A stretch of 34,399 nucleotides of DNA from an uncultured virus (IMG/VR IMGVR_UViG_3300032323_001173) (IMGVR_UViG_3300032323_001173); one strand, 5' to 3'; positions 1 through 8,457 are shown, numbered from the stretch's first letter. Translations and numbers: made by a program. The notes: generated from the sequence alone by a model not told the origin.

Positions 1-185
1 TCATTGATCGCACCGCAGGACATGCCGAGTTGATCCGCAATTGACTGCCACAGCATCCACAGAGCGATGTGTGCACGCTCATGATGCCGATGCCACATTG
101 CCTTGTCACTCTGCGTTGACATTGAATCAAAGCGGGCGTGCTGACAAATTGCCTTTGCAATTGTTTCTTCTATTCCGAATTTCAT
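1..185 (-). CDS. hypothetical protein, truncated at window edge (MKFGIEETIAKAICQHARF...)
   Basis: Manually translated; open to position 1; GAGGAGG SD 5 nt upstream of the ATG; not in the ORF track. Confidence 0.7.
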   Translation of the reverse strand, partial: MKFGIEETIAKAICQHARFDSMSTQSDKAMWHRHHERAHIALWMLWQSIADQLGMSCGAIN

Positions 186-228
186 GGTGACCTCCTCGGG
201 TCTTGTATTCACGACACTCGTGTGTCGC

Positions 229-272
229 TAGTCCCCAGTGCGAATTGAATCGCCACGACCTAGTCGCTGGGG
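229..272 (-). ncRNA. structured intergenic RNA element, copy 1 (three-stem, mini-tRNA-like)
   Basis: 36/44 identical to 570-613; all 8 differences form 4 compensatory base pairs. Confidence 0.65.
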
Positions 273-277
273 GAAAC

Positions 278-532
278 TCACTGCGCCTTCTCCTTCGCTT
301 GCTGTGCAAGTTGGAAGTCAAGGTGACTCACAGCGTCACGGCGGAGTTCATACGCTTCACCGTTAAATGCTCGGTCACCTGTTTCAATGTTGATGATCAG
401 CCAGTCAACACGGCGAACCTCAGGGCAACCCTTGGTGTGAAACTTCCAACACAATTCGTGGTCACAACAGGATGGGTCAGCCCAGTATTCGTCCTTGATG
501 ATGGCGTATTTGCTTCCCTTGTATGCCTTCAT
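278..532 (-). CDS. hypothetical protein (84 aa)
   Basis: ORF with GAGGAGG SD; co-oriented with its neighbours. Confidence 0.75.
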   Translation of the reverse strand: MKAYKGSKYAIIKDEYWADPSCCDHELCWKFHTKGCPEVRRVDWLIINIETGDRAFNGEAYELRRDAVSHLDFQLAQQAKEKAQ

Positions 533-569
533 GGTGCCTCCTCAGGCAGTTGTAACTGGCGGGTGCCAG

Positions 570-613
570 TAGTCCCCAGTCCCGATTGAACGGGCACGCC
601 CTAGGCGCTGGGG
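570..613 (-). ncRNA. structured intergenic RNA element, copy 2
   Basis: CCCCAGCGCCTAGGGCGTGCCCGTTCAATCGGGACTGGGGACTA on the minus strand; same length and fold as 229-272. Confidence 0.65.
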
Positions 614-619
614 TGACGC

Positions 620-1597
620 TCAATCTTGAATGACCCGTCCACCACCGTGGGCATCCACGATGGCTTGAGCCTGCTCACGAGTGAGTAAGTCAATTTTCTT
701 GGTTGACGGCGCCCATGTGGTGCCGTTCCAGTATTTGGTGTCGTATCCGACCTCTTTGGTGGCGTAGAAGCGAGGACGGCGATGCGCACGGGACTTGCCG
801 TCCGCACGCTGTGCGTATCCGCACACTGGGCAGTTGTGCCAGCGATCACCTCGGATCGTTGGTTGACCACTGCCCTCGCAACGCTCCTGAGCACGCTTCA
901 CAGCGTTCGCACGAGCCTTCTCACGGGCTTGCTGGAATGCCTCCACGCCCTGCTCGGCAAGTGTCAACGCCACGCTGGCGCTGATCTTGACCTGCTCACG
1001 TGACTCCACAGGAGCGTCAGGGAAGCAGACCGAGCACAGCGCCGATCCGAGATCGGCAACAGCATCCTCGGAACTGGATCCGCTGAGGTAAGGCACGAGC
1101 GCAAAGCCTGTTGGCTCGTGACCCTTATTGCAGGTGGAGCACTGCGTGCTGGAGTGAATGTGCCCGTCCGATGACGTCACGAGGTAGTAGCGACTCCATG
1201 GACGACTGCTGTATTCGGTGTTGCAGTCGCTGACGTCACGTTGTGCGTCCTCCAGTGCGATGCGAGCCTCAGTGAAGCGCTCGGCGTAACTGGTGGGCAG
1301 TGATCCGTACTTGCTGATCACGCCGTCATTGAACATGGCTTCGGCTTTGGCACCCGTCAACTGGATGCCCCGTGCCTCTGCAAACTCGGTTGGCATTGGA
1401 TCCAGTCGGTAGTCAACGACAGCCACGCTGTCACGCTGATAGCGACCGTTGTCCCAACGCAACTCTTTGCCGTAGGCACTGACCAAGGAGTCCGAGGCGT
1501 AGGAGTAGTGAACCATTGCCCGAGACTGGATGAATAAGCGCTCTAGATAGAGCAGGTCGTGCTCTACAGGAGTCAAGGTGGATAGTGAGACGCTCAT
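620..1597 (-). CDS. Cys/His-rich putative zinc-binding phage protein (325 aa)
   Basis: Start reassigned to MSVSLS (AAGGAGG SD); motifs GHIHxxxxCSTC, LCSVCFP, CEGSG...CPVCG. Confidence 0.8.
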   Translation of the reverse strand: MSVSLSTLTPVEHDLLYLERLFIQSRAMVHYSYASDSLVSAYGKELRWDNGRYQRDSVAVVDYRLDPMPTEFAEARGIQLTGAKAEAMFNDGVISKYGSLPTSYAERFTEARIALEDAQRDVSDCNTEYSSRPWSRYYLVTSSDGHIHSSTQCSTCNKGHEPTGFALVPYLSGSSSEDAVADLGSALCSVCFPDAPVESREQVKISASVALTLAEQGVEAFQQAREKARANAVKRAQERCEGSGQPTIRGDRWHNCPVCGYAQRADGKSRAHRRPRFYATKEVGYDTKYWNGTTWAPSTKKIDLLTREQAQAIVDAHGGGRVIQD

Positions 1598-1644
1598 GGT
1601 GAGCCTCCTTTGGATGAACTGGCTGTGTGCCAGTGGAGCGTGTT

Positions 1645-1699
1645 TGACGCTCATTCAGGACTGGAGCAGGGGGAATTCTCCAGCCCTCAATGAGCGCCA
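1645..1699 (-). promoter_or_regulatory. long leader hairpin (about 22 bp, one mismatch), possible RNase III site
   Basis: TGGCGCTCATTGAGGGCTGGAG pairs with CTCCAGTCCTGAATGAGCGTCA; two G-U pairs form only on the minus strand. Confidence 0.5.
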
Positions 1700-1926
1700 C
1701 GAGCCATCCGAAGATTGACCCGTGACGCTGAGGAATAGGTGCCCTGAAGTCAGCGAACGGTGTGTGCCGTTGAGTAATGCGCCGTGGGGGACTGTTGTTC
1801 AATTCCCCCGTGGCGGGCGTGCATGGATCCGTTGAAGCCATCTCTGCGAGGCACGAGGTCAGCCGATGTGAAGTCGGGTACGTGCCACATGCATGCGTGC
1901 ATTTTTGCCGAAGCATTCGGGCGCTC

Positions 1927-1943
1927 TTCAGTTGTCAAGGAAC
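1927..1943 (-). promoter_or_regulatory. rrn boxA-like antitermination sequence GTTCCTTGACAACTGAA
   Basis: Resembles Gram-positive/actinobacterial rRNA-leader boxA; lies about 40 nt downstream of the predicted promoter. Confidence 0.45.
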
Positions 1944-1986
1944 CTCAGGAACCTGCGCCCCAAACCGCAACGCAACTCCTGCATGG

Positions 1987-2015
1987 AGGGTAGCGGATGG
2001 GTGTACGTGAGTCAA
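1987..2015 (-). promoter_or_regulatory. sigma70/SigA-type promoter TTGACT-N17-TACCCT driving the leftward genes
   Basis: Good -35 match, 17-bp spacer, TANNNT -10 and an AT-rich upstream tract. Confidence 0.6.
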
Positions 2016-2572
2016 CCACCAAAGGCAATTAATTCTTGAGAATCTTGCGAGCCATGCCCCATATGGGCGGAAGCGGATCTAGGGCTGGAATTGGGCGCCC
2101 CCAACGACCAGCCATCCATCGGATGGAGGAGATACAGGAGGAGCCATTGGAGGAGCCACGGGAGGCATGGAATACGCAGAGAATTCAAATAACCAATGAA
2201 TGCTGGAGAATGCTCTGAGACGCTTCAGGATGCGTTCTAAGCGATGCAGTGCGTGGAATGACACGGAACGTGCTGGATAGCAACTGGGAGGCTTAGGGAG
2301 TACGTCATACACCACCCCATACCCCGCAGATCCATACACCGCTTGGCTTATAGCCCCATTCCTAGGGTGAACAGGACGCACAGGAGGCTCTGTAATCAAA
2401 ATAATGGATTGCGATTCATAATCGCCCCTGCTCCTCTGAGAATGGCTCCTGATGCGTCTGAAGCGAAATGGCATTTGTCAAGTCATTCGGGCACATTGTC
2501 ATCAACTTGTAACATTGGTGTGACGAACGACACATGTGACGAACGTCATACGTGTTAGGCGCCCCTAACAAT

Positions 2573-2588
2573 TGTTCCACGTGGCACA
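2573..2588. promoter_or_regulatory. parS-like palindrome TGTTCCACGTGGCACA
   Basis: 2 mismatches to consensus TGTTNCACGTGAAACA; 1 mismatch to the perfect palindrome TGTTCCACGTGGAACA. Confidence 0.35.
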
Positions 2589-2673
2589 TCCACAGCCCTG
2601 TGTATAACCCTGTGGACATCCTGTGGATAACCATGGCAAAGCCATACAGGGCATGGAGCCAGCCTGTGGATAA
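2586..2673. promoter_or_regulatory. cluster of DnaA boxes (oriC-like)
   Basis: TGTGGATAA at 2622 and 2665 (perfect), TGTGTATAA at 2599, TGTGGACAT at 2611, ACATCCACA at 2586. Confidence 0.6.
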
Positions 2674-2810
2674 CCCCCCATGGTTAAAGGGCGGAGCGGA
2701 GCGGGGAGGGGGGGTGAACTCAGGCCCCACCCAACGCTCCATGGCTCAATAGCCCCATTCAAAAATCCGACCGACCACCCACCTCGCCCAAATAGCCCTA
2801 TACTTGATAA

Positions 2811-3080
2811 ATGCCACGCCCAGACGGTCCACAGTTCCGCAAAGTAGGAAACCATAAAATGTACCGACACGGTACAGGTAACTGGGAGACCACAGACAAC
2901 TACCACTTCCAGCAAGGAACCCCTCCTACTAACTTGTGGAACGTGCATGACCTCCGAGATGCGGATGCATGGGAACCAGTGTTTGAAACACAGCACGGTA
3001 ATCTTAAGAATGCCCATGCTGAATTTAGGCAATACCACCCTGAGCGTGAAGCGGGTGAAAAGCCGCTACTGGACTACTAA
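2811..3080 (+). CDS. hypothetical protein with N-terminal DGPQF tag
   Basis: ORF; TATACT 6 nt upstream; stop/start overlap with the next gene. Confidence 0.75.
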   Translation: MPRPDGPQFRKVGNHKMYRHGTGNWETTDNYHFQQGTPPTNLWNVHDLRDADAWEPVFETQHGNLKNAHAEFRQYHPEREAGEKPLLDY

Positions 3081-3235
3081 TGCCTCGCCTAGACGGACAG
3101 CAATTCAATGACTATGTGTGGGTAGACGGTGAGCCTGTGTCCCGTCAAGAGATCCACCAAGCCGCTGGGTTCACCAAGCGTGACCCTGAGTACCTGCTAG
3201 AAAAGCATAAGCAAAAACAGGAACGGAAGAAGTAA
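3080..3235 (+). CDS. small hypothetical protein (51 aa, MPRLDGQQF...)
   Basis: Manually translated; TAATG overlaps at both ends; N-terminus similar to the 2811 gene. Confidence 0.75.
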   Translation: MPRLDGQQFNDYVWVDGEPVSRQEIHQAAGFTKRDPEYLLEKHKQKQERKK

Positions 3236-3741
3236 TGTCAGCATCAGACCATGTCGGTGACCACATCATGCGTGTGGTGTATCACTCCTCGGGACGTAAA
3301 ACGCCACCACATGAGATGACGTTTGACCACCATGAACGTGACCGACAGCGTAAAGAAACGCATAACATGAACCACAACATGCACCCAGACATCATTCACG
3401 CTGGTACGTACGCCTCCGCACAAGAAATCAGCGCTGGTTCCCGTAAATACATGCACGAGTACGAGATTGATACCAGTGAAATGTCTCCCGTGACCTACGA
3501 TGACGCCGTCAACATGCGTGAAACTGACGCTTTTAAAAAGAAAATGTCAGGTGTACAACAGAGTTTGTGGGAGTCAGTGCCCAGCACAGGACTAGAAACG
3601 TTAAAACATGGTCGTGTGCAACCGTACCGTAACAAAGCAGAAGATGAAGGAAGTATTTCGTACATGATTCCTAAATCTGAAGTTGGAACTAGTCGTGTAA
3701 AATACCTTGGCATGCATGAAATCAACCGCAAGGAAGACTAA
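3235..3741 (+). CDS. hypothetical protein, possible ADP-ribosyltransferase fold
   Basis: VYHSS...IHAGT...YRNKAEDEGSISY resembles phage ART-like domains; family call is tentative. Confidence 0.55.
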   Translation: MSASDHVGDHIMRVVYHSSGRKTPPHEMTFDHHERDRQRKETHNMNHNMHPDIIHAGTYASAQEISAGSRKYMHEYEIDTSEMSPVTYDDAVNMRETDAFKKKMSGVQQSLWESVPSTGLETLKHGRVQPYRNKAEDEGSISYMIPKSEVGTSRVKYLGMHEINRKED

Positions 3742-3744
3742 GTA

Positions 3745-4404
3745 ATGGCACGTTACTTTAAAAACCCAAACAAAGGTTACGGTGACGGCGTGAGTTACCC
3801 TTCGTATGCGGTTGTCCATGACACCCACGATTCGCTTGCGACCGCCAACGCAGGTGGGGTACCGCAGTATCCGTATGGTTACGTCAGCATGTACCACACG
3901 CCATCCCGAGAAAGTGCCAACTTTGATAGCGATGGGCACCCTATGAAGAGGAACGCTACCGAGTTGTTCACGCACCGCCCTGAGGAACTGCACGTCAACC
4001 TCATGTACGCCGACAAGCGTGTCCGCCCGCACATGATGACGGTAATGGCACTCGCCAAACTGGATCACCCGAACGCTCAGATCGTGGCACCAGACAGTTT
4101 AAGTACTTTTAGTAGCAAATTGGCTAAGAACGCCCATGAACGTGGACTATTGAAGCCCAGCCATGACAACCCTGACATGGAAACAGACGATGTAGCAGAC
4201 TACTACGACCCATATGCTCGCCAAGTTGGAACCGTATCTAAAATTAAAAATGACAGAATAGGCACGGGTGCGTATGAACTGACCCGTTCTGAGGTCATGA
4301 AAGGTAAACAGTTCCTCAAAGAGACGTTGCGCCCTAGAAAAGAAGAAACCGCACCTGCACCTAAGTTTGATCAGCCACAACTTCCAGGTATGGAAGACAA
4401 GTAG
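3745..4404 (+). CDS. hypothetical protein, possibly degenerate GNAT-like, with C-terminal QPQLPGM tag
   Basis: ORF in operon; GNAT resemblance is weak. Confidence 0.6.
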   Translation: MARYFKNPNKGYGDGVSYPSYAVVHDTHDSLATANAGGVPQYPYGYVSMYHTPSRESANFDSDGHPMKRNATELFTHRPEELHVNLMYADKRVRPHMMTVMALAKLDHPNAQIVAPDSLSTFSSKLAKNAHERGLLKPSHDNPDMETDDVADYYDPYARQVGTVSKIKNDRIGTGAYELTRSEVMKGKQFLKETLRPRKEETAPAPKFDQPQLPGMEDK

Positions 4405-4441
4405 AACACAATTTTTCGGTGAAAGGGGCTAATATCTACAT

Positions 4442-5083
4442 ATGCCCACTCTAGAATCGTTCAAAGACCTCTACAAAGGTGAAACTATCTGGGTTTTAGG
4501 CTCTGGTGGATCGTTAGACTTCTTAACACCGTCATTTTTTGATGACAAAGTGTGCATTGGGGTTAATTTTGTCGGCAAAACGTTTAATTTATTGAACTAC
4601 TACACGTTTTCGCACTATCACGCCGACTCGTTAGAGATGTCAGAGTGTTCAAATTACGTTTTTACACCACGAAAACAGCACGGAAACGCTGAAGAGTGGG
4701 TCGGAGACGTCCCAGACAACATTGTGCTGTTTGAAACGCACACGGGACAGCCTGGAGCGAGTTTTGATCCCTACGGCAAGGATGCGCCGACCGATGGTTT
4801 GTTGATTGGTGCCTCCAGTATTCACGGAGCGATGCACTTAGCCGCCTACATGGGCGCTAAACACATTGTGTTAGTCGGTGCAGACTGTGGAAAGTTGAAC
4901 GGCAGAGACCGTTTTGGCGCTTATGTTGCAGGTGATAACCCTTGGGAGTTATACAACACTCAATTAATCATGCTAAAGCGATGGTTAGCAGAAAAGTTTG
5001 GTTGCACTGTGTACTCTCTAAACCCTTTTGTGAATTTTAATTTAGAAGGTGTGTCTTTCTCGGGAAGCGTTCATATCAACTAA
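4442..5083 (+). CDS. Maf/DUF115 (MptE-like) family putative glycosyltransferase
   Basis: KDLYKGETIWVLGSGGSL and SSIHGAMHLAAYMGAKHIVLVGADC motifs. Confidence 0.7.
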   Translation: MPTLESFKDLYKGETIWVLGSGGSLDFLTPSFFDDKVCIGVNFVGKTFNLLNYYTFSHYHADSLEMSECSNYVFTPRKQHGNAEEWVGDVPDNIVLFETHTGQPGASFDPYGKDAPTDGLLIGASSIHGAMHLAAYMGAKHIVLVGADCGKLNGRDRFGAYVAGDNPWELYNTQLIMLKRWLAEKFGCTVYSLNPFVNFNLEGVSFSGSVHIN

Positions 5084-5092
5084 ACTAAGTGT

Positions 5093-6796
5093 ATGGCTCT
5101 TGGACGACAGTTTGAAAACACCTACTGGCATGATGACCAAGGTGAAATGCATGCGTCTGTACTTAATCCTTACGACAACACTGAAGGAAAAAGTCGTTAT
5201 GAGATAGAACGCTTTACAGGACGGGTAGCCAACGCTTTTTCAAACAAAAACAGCGCACAAGGAATGCTATTTAGTCCTGAAACAGGTACAGGTAGGCGCA
5301 ACGATCCTTTGATCCCTCGTGAAAAGCGTATTGAGGCAATCCAAAAAGGTTTAGGGATGTCCGACCCTGAGGTTTACCGCAAAGATGCTGGTGTGGCTCG
5401 TACTCGTGAATTGACGGGTAAGCCTATGAATAAGAAAACGGCTGAAGATGCACGTGGGGCGTACACCAAAGCCGTAGACACGTCTCAAATGTCTACCCAC
5501 ATGATCAATGAAGAGTTTGTAAAGAAACCGCTATTGGCAGTGGCTGTGGACAACGTAAGACACGCAGGGCATATTCAACGTGCTTATAACTACGGTGGTA
5601 AGGCACTTGAAGGGTTTCCTCAGGGTTCAGTTGACGTTATCCGACAACCTTTGAATTATGAAACATACTATGACAGGGAACCTAGTACTACTCGCACCGT
5701 TATGCAGGGTGGTGAGCACACACCTGTAAATAATCCTAAGTTTGTTGAGCAAGTAGTTAAGGCGGTGGGTGAAAATGACTCCAATTACAAGTTAAATGAA
5801 CCAGTTAAACAAGCACTAAAGGCTGGTGCGGTTGTTACTACCCCTGAAGGACACCAATGGACACAAAGAAACAAACCAAATCAGTATACATACGACCCAT
5901 TTAAACACGGCGATATTATTAACAGGATTCCTAAAGCACCAAATATGATTGGTGGTAACAAACAAGTAAATGCTAAAAACATAACATTAGAAGACCTTAG
6001 TGAAAAAGGTTATCAAATCAATGCATTTCCTGGTACAGGTTCTGACATTAAAAAGAAAACTCCAGATGTTGATGTGACTAAGTTCCCTGGAACCTCCAGT
6101 TACAGCAGTAATTCAGGGAGATACACAGAAAAAGCATGGCACACACGTAGTGCAGTAACAGGGGGTACTCCTGTTGAAGAAACCATTCGTGGTAAGTCAA
6201 TCGTAACGAAGATAAATCCAAGCGTCTCCCGTAGTACCGCTATTCATGAGATGGGTCATCACATGGATAACCAACACCGTTTTGATAGATTTGACCGAAA
6301 TGGGGCCGATCCTGTATCGGAAGGTGTTGCGGATGCATCCCGAGATTTGTGGGGAAGTGAAGACACTGGAACGGGTGCTGGATATTCACACAGAATGTAT
6401 GAAACAGGTGATGTAGGCGACATGCATGCTACTTCTGGTTACAGCACCAGACATCGTGGTTGGAAGACGGATACTGAAAAGGCTGTGTATTCGGCAGTAC
6501 GTGCTCACGCTAGCGCTGTGGCTGATCCTAAAGTGTTTAGAGAAACTCCTACACGTTCGCAGTTGGTTAAGCAATACATTGGAGTTGGTGAAACCCCAAC
6601 AACAAAAGAAACTGCTAACAATTTATTACTAGGTCATTTGTATGACACACACCAGCACGTGCGCAACGCTATTGACAACAACCCAAATCAGAGTTTAAGA
6701 ACAGCAGGTAGGTCGGCACGTCAGTTCTATCAGGATCGTGTACAAACCACCAATGCCTCTAAATATGAGCAATTACGTTTGCCAGGAATGGAATAA
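5093..6796 (+). CDS. zincin-like metallopeptidase domain protein (HEMGH), 567 aa
   Basis: TAIHEMGH...DPVSEGVAD; paralogous to the next gene. Confidence 0.7.
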   Translation: MALGRQFENTYWHDDQGEMHASVLNPYDNTEGKSRYEIERFTGRVANAFSNKNSAQGMLFSPETGTGRRNDPLIPREKRIEAIQKGLGMSDPEVYRKDAGVARTRELTGKPMNKKTAEDARGAYTKAVDTSQMSTHMINEEFVKKPLLAVAVDNVRHAGHIQRAYNYGGKALEGFPQGSVDVIRQPLNYETYYDREPSTTRTVMQGGEHTPVNNPKFVEQVVKAVGENDSNYKLNEPVKQALKAGAVVTTPEGHQWTQRNKPNQYTYDPFKHGDIINRIPKAPNMIGGNKQVNAKNITLEDLSEKGYQINAFPGTGSDIKKKTPDVDVTKFPGTSSYSSNSGRYTEKAWHTRSAVTGGTPVEETIRGKSIVTKINPSVSRSTAIHEMGHHMDNQHRFDRFDRNGADPVSEGVADASRDLWGSEDTGTGAGYSHRMYETGDVGDMHATSGYSTRHRGWKTDTEKAVYSAVRAHASAVADPKVFRETPTRSQLVKQYIGVGETPTTKETANNLLLGHLYDTHQHVRNAIDNNPNQSLRTAGRSARQFYQDRVQTTNASKYEQLRLPGME

Positions 6797-6799
6797 CCC

Positions 6800-7993
6800 A
6801 TGCCTTTAGGACCGCAATTTAGCAACACATACTGGGAAGATCCAGAATCAAAGAAGGTTATGTCTTCTACAGAGTTGCCTACCCCAAAAGGTGAGTTACC
6901 TACAGAAGAACAACGAAAACCACAGATTGCTGAAGGTTTTGGTACCTCGGCTAATCCACAAGGGATGCTCTTTAGTCCACACTCCTACACAGGATTAAAA
7001 GATGACCCAACCGTTCCTGCCGAGAAACGAATGGGTGCTATTAACAAAGCATTGCATTTACGAAGTTATGATGAAATGAAAAAAGACAATGATGAAACAA
7101 TACAAAAAAATAAAGAGAGAGCAGAGTTTAATAGTACCCTTGACCCTGCTGTAGATAGAAAACGTTTTAAAAGACAACTAGATGTATTTAGTGATAGTGA
7201 TATGAAACGTTCTGCTGGAAAACAAGAAGCACTTGGAAAAGCCGCAACTAATTTAGATATACCTACACGTCAATATGAGACAGGTATAGATGCTCCTACT
7301 CGTTCCACTGACTGGAATAAAGGTTGGTTTGATAGGTTTAGGGGAATAACTGTTGGTGTTCGGGGTGCCTTAGACACTGGTTATGAAGCCAATGAGCGTA
7401 CACTTGCTCACGAAATTGGTCACACATTAGAACGCTCTGGGGATGAACCACAAAGAGACCACGATCGTAATTATAAACATAATATGAGAATACAAACTGA
7501 TCCTGTCAGTGAAGCGCACGCAGATGCTCTAATGGATAGAGCGCACCATTACTCTGGTCAATTTGAAAAGCATTTGACTAACCCACAGTTGCGTGCGCAA
7601 GATATCAGTACTACTGGTTATTCTTCTAAATACCATATGTGGAATGCCGAAGAACGAGCACTTTACTCTGCCATACGTTTTCACGTAGCATCACACCCTG
7701 AAAACCAAGAGAATATGAAAAACCGCAAAGAGTTAGGACAATCTCTTTATGGGCATCACCACTACAAAAATGACCTTGAAATCCCTTCAACACAACTAAT
7801 GCTCGGTAATATGTACGAAAACATGCCACATGTTCGCCCATTGCTACATGAACTTGGTTTTGGTAAAACCTCTAAAAAAGCACACGAAACTTTTAAGTCA
7901 CGAACAGAAACCCCAGCCTCTAACAGAGGGATCTACAAAGGTAAAAAACGGGAAGTAACTGAACAACCACGACTCCCAGGTTTTAAAGATTAA
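6800..7993 (+). CDS. zincin-like metallopeptidase domain protein (HEIGH), 397 aa
   Basis: TLAHEIGH...DPVSEAHAD; shares LGxQFxNTYW, QGMLFSP and QxRLPG with the previous gene. Confidence 0.7.
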   Translation: MPLGPQFSNTYWEDPESKKVMSSTELPTPKGELPTEEQRKPQIAEGFGTSANPQGMLFSPHSYTGLKDDPTVPAEKRMGAINKALHLRSYDEMKKDNDETIQKNKERAEFNSTLDPAVDRKRFKRQLDVFSDSDMKRSAGKQEALGKAATNLDIPTRQYETGIDAPTRSTDWNKGWFDRFRGITVGVRGALDTGYEANERTLAHEIGHTLERSGDEPQRDHDRNYKHNMRIQTDPVSEAHADALMDRAHHYSGQFEKHLTNPQLRAQDISTTGYSSKYHMWNAEERALYSAIRFHVASHPENQENMKNRKELGQSLYGHHHYKNDLEIPSTQLMLGNMYENMPHVRPLLHELGFGKTSKKAHETFKSRTETPASNRGIYKGKKREVTEQPRLPGFKD

Positions 7994-8448
7994 TGGCTAA
8001 TAGGCGTGACCTTAATGGTATTCAGTTTTCCGAAGAACACACAGTTCGTGGAACACCTATTCGCATCATTAGTCCTGAGTCTATGGTTGGTTTAAGAGGC
8101 ACACCTGTCAACGTCCACATGCATACTCCTGCCATGAGGGCCTTGGGAGAACCTATCTACAGCATTCTTGACAACTCTCGCCGTCTTATTGGGCATAGCC
8201 GAACTGTCTCACTAGAAGGTGCCAGCATGGCAATAGATGCTGGAGAACTTAAAAAGCATTTAGAAAGTCCAACAGGGGCTAAGACACGCAACACTTTTGT
8301 TAAAGGAAACATCGGACCCAACATGCGTGGCGGTAAGCCTTTAAAGATTCGTCCAGGATCTATGACTGATCCAGAAACGGGTGAAGACGTATCTGCAAAT
8401 CTGGGTCGTGTAAACCTTGGTAAAAAAGGCGCCCGCTACAAGCGCTAG
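7993..8448 (+). CDS. hypothetical protein with LNGIQF N-terminal motif
   Basis: ORF with TAATG overlap. Confidence 0.7.
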   Translation: MANRRDLNGIQFSEEHTVRGTPIRIISPESMVGLRGTPVNVHMHTPAMRALGEPIYSILDNSRRLIGHSRTVSLEGASMAIDAGELKKHLESPTGAKTRNTFVKGNIGPNMRGGKPLKIRPGSMTDPETGEDVSANLGRVNLGKKGARYKR

Positions 8449-8457
8449 ACTACCGAC

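Noticed and set aside
229..613. 44-nt elements as true tRNA genes
   Set aside because: Too short, no anticodon arm, 6-nt loop and no CCA
2519..2545. TGTGACGAACG direct repeat as iterons
   Set aside because: Only two copies; insufficient support
1431..3038. Several ORFs of 60-160 aa on both strands in the divergence region
   Set aside because: No SD or recognisable motifs; they overlap each other and the regulatory elements
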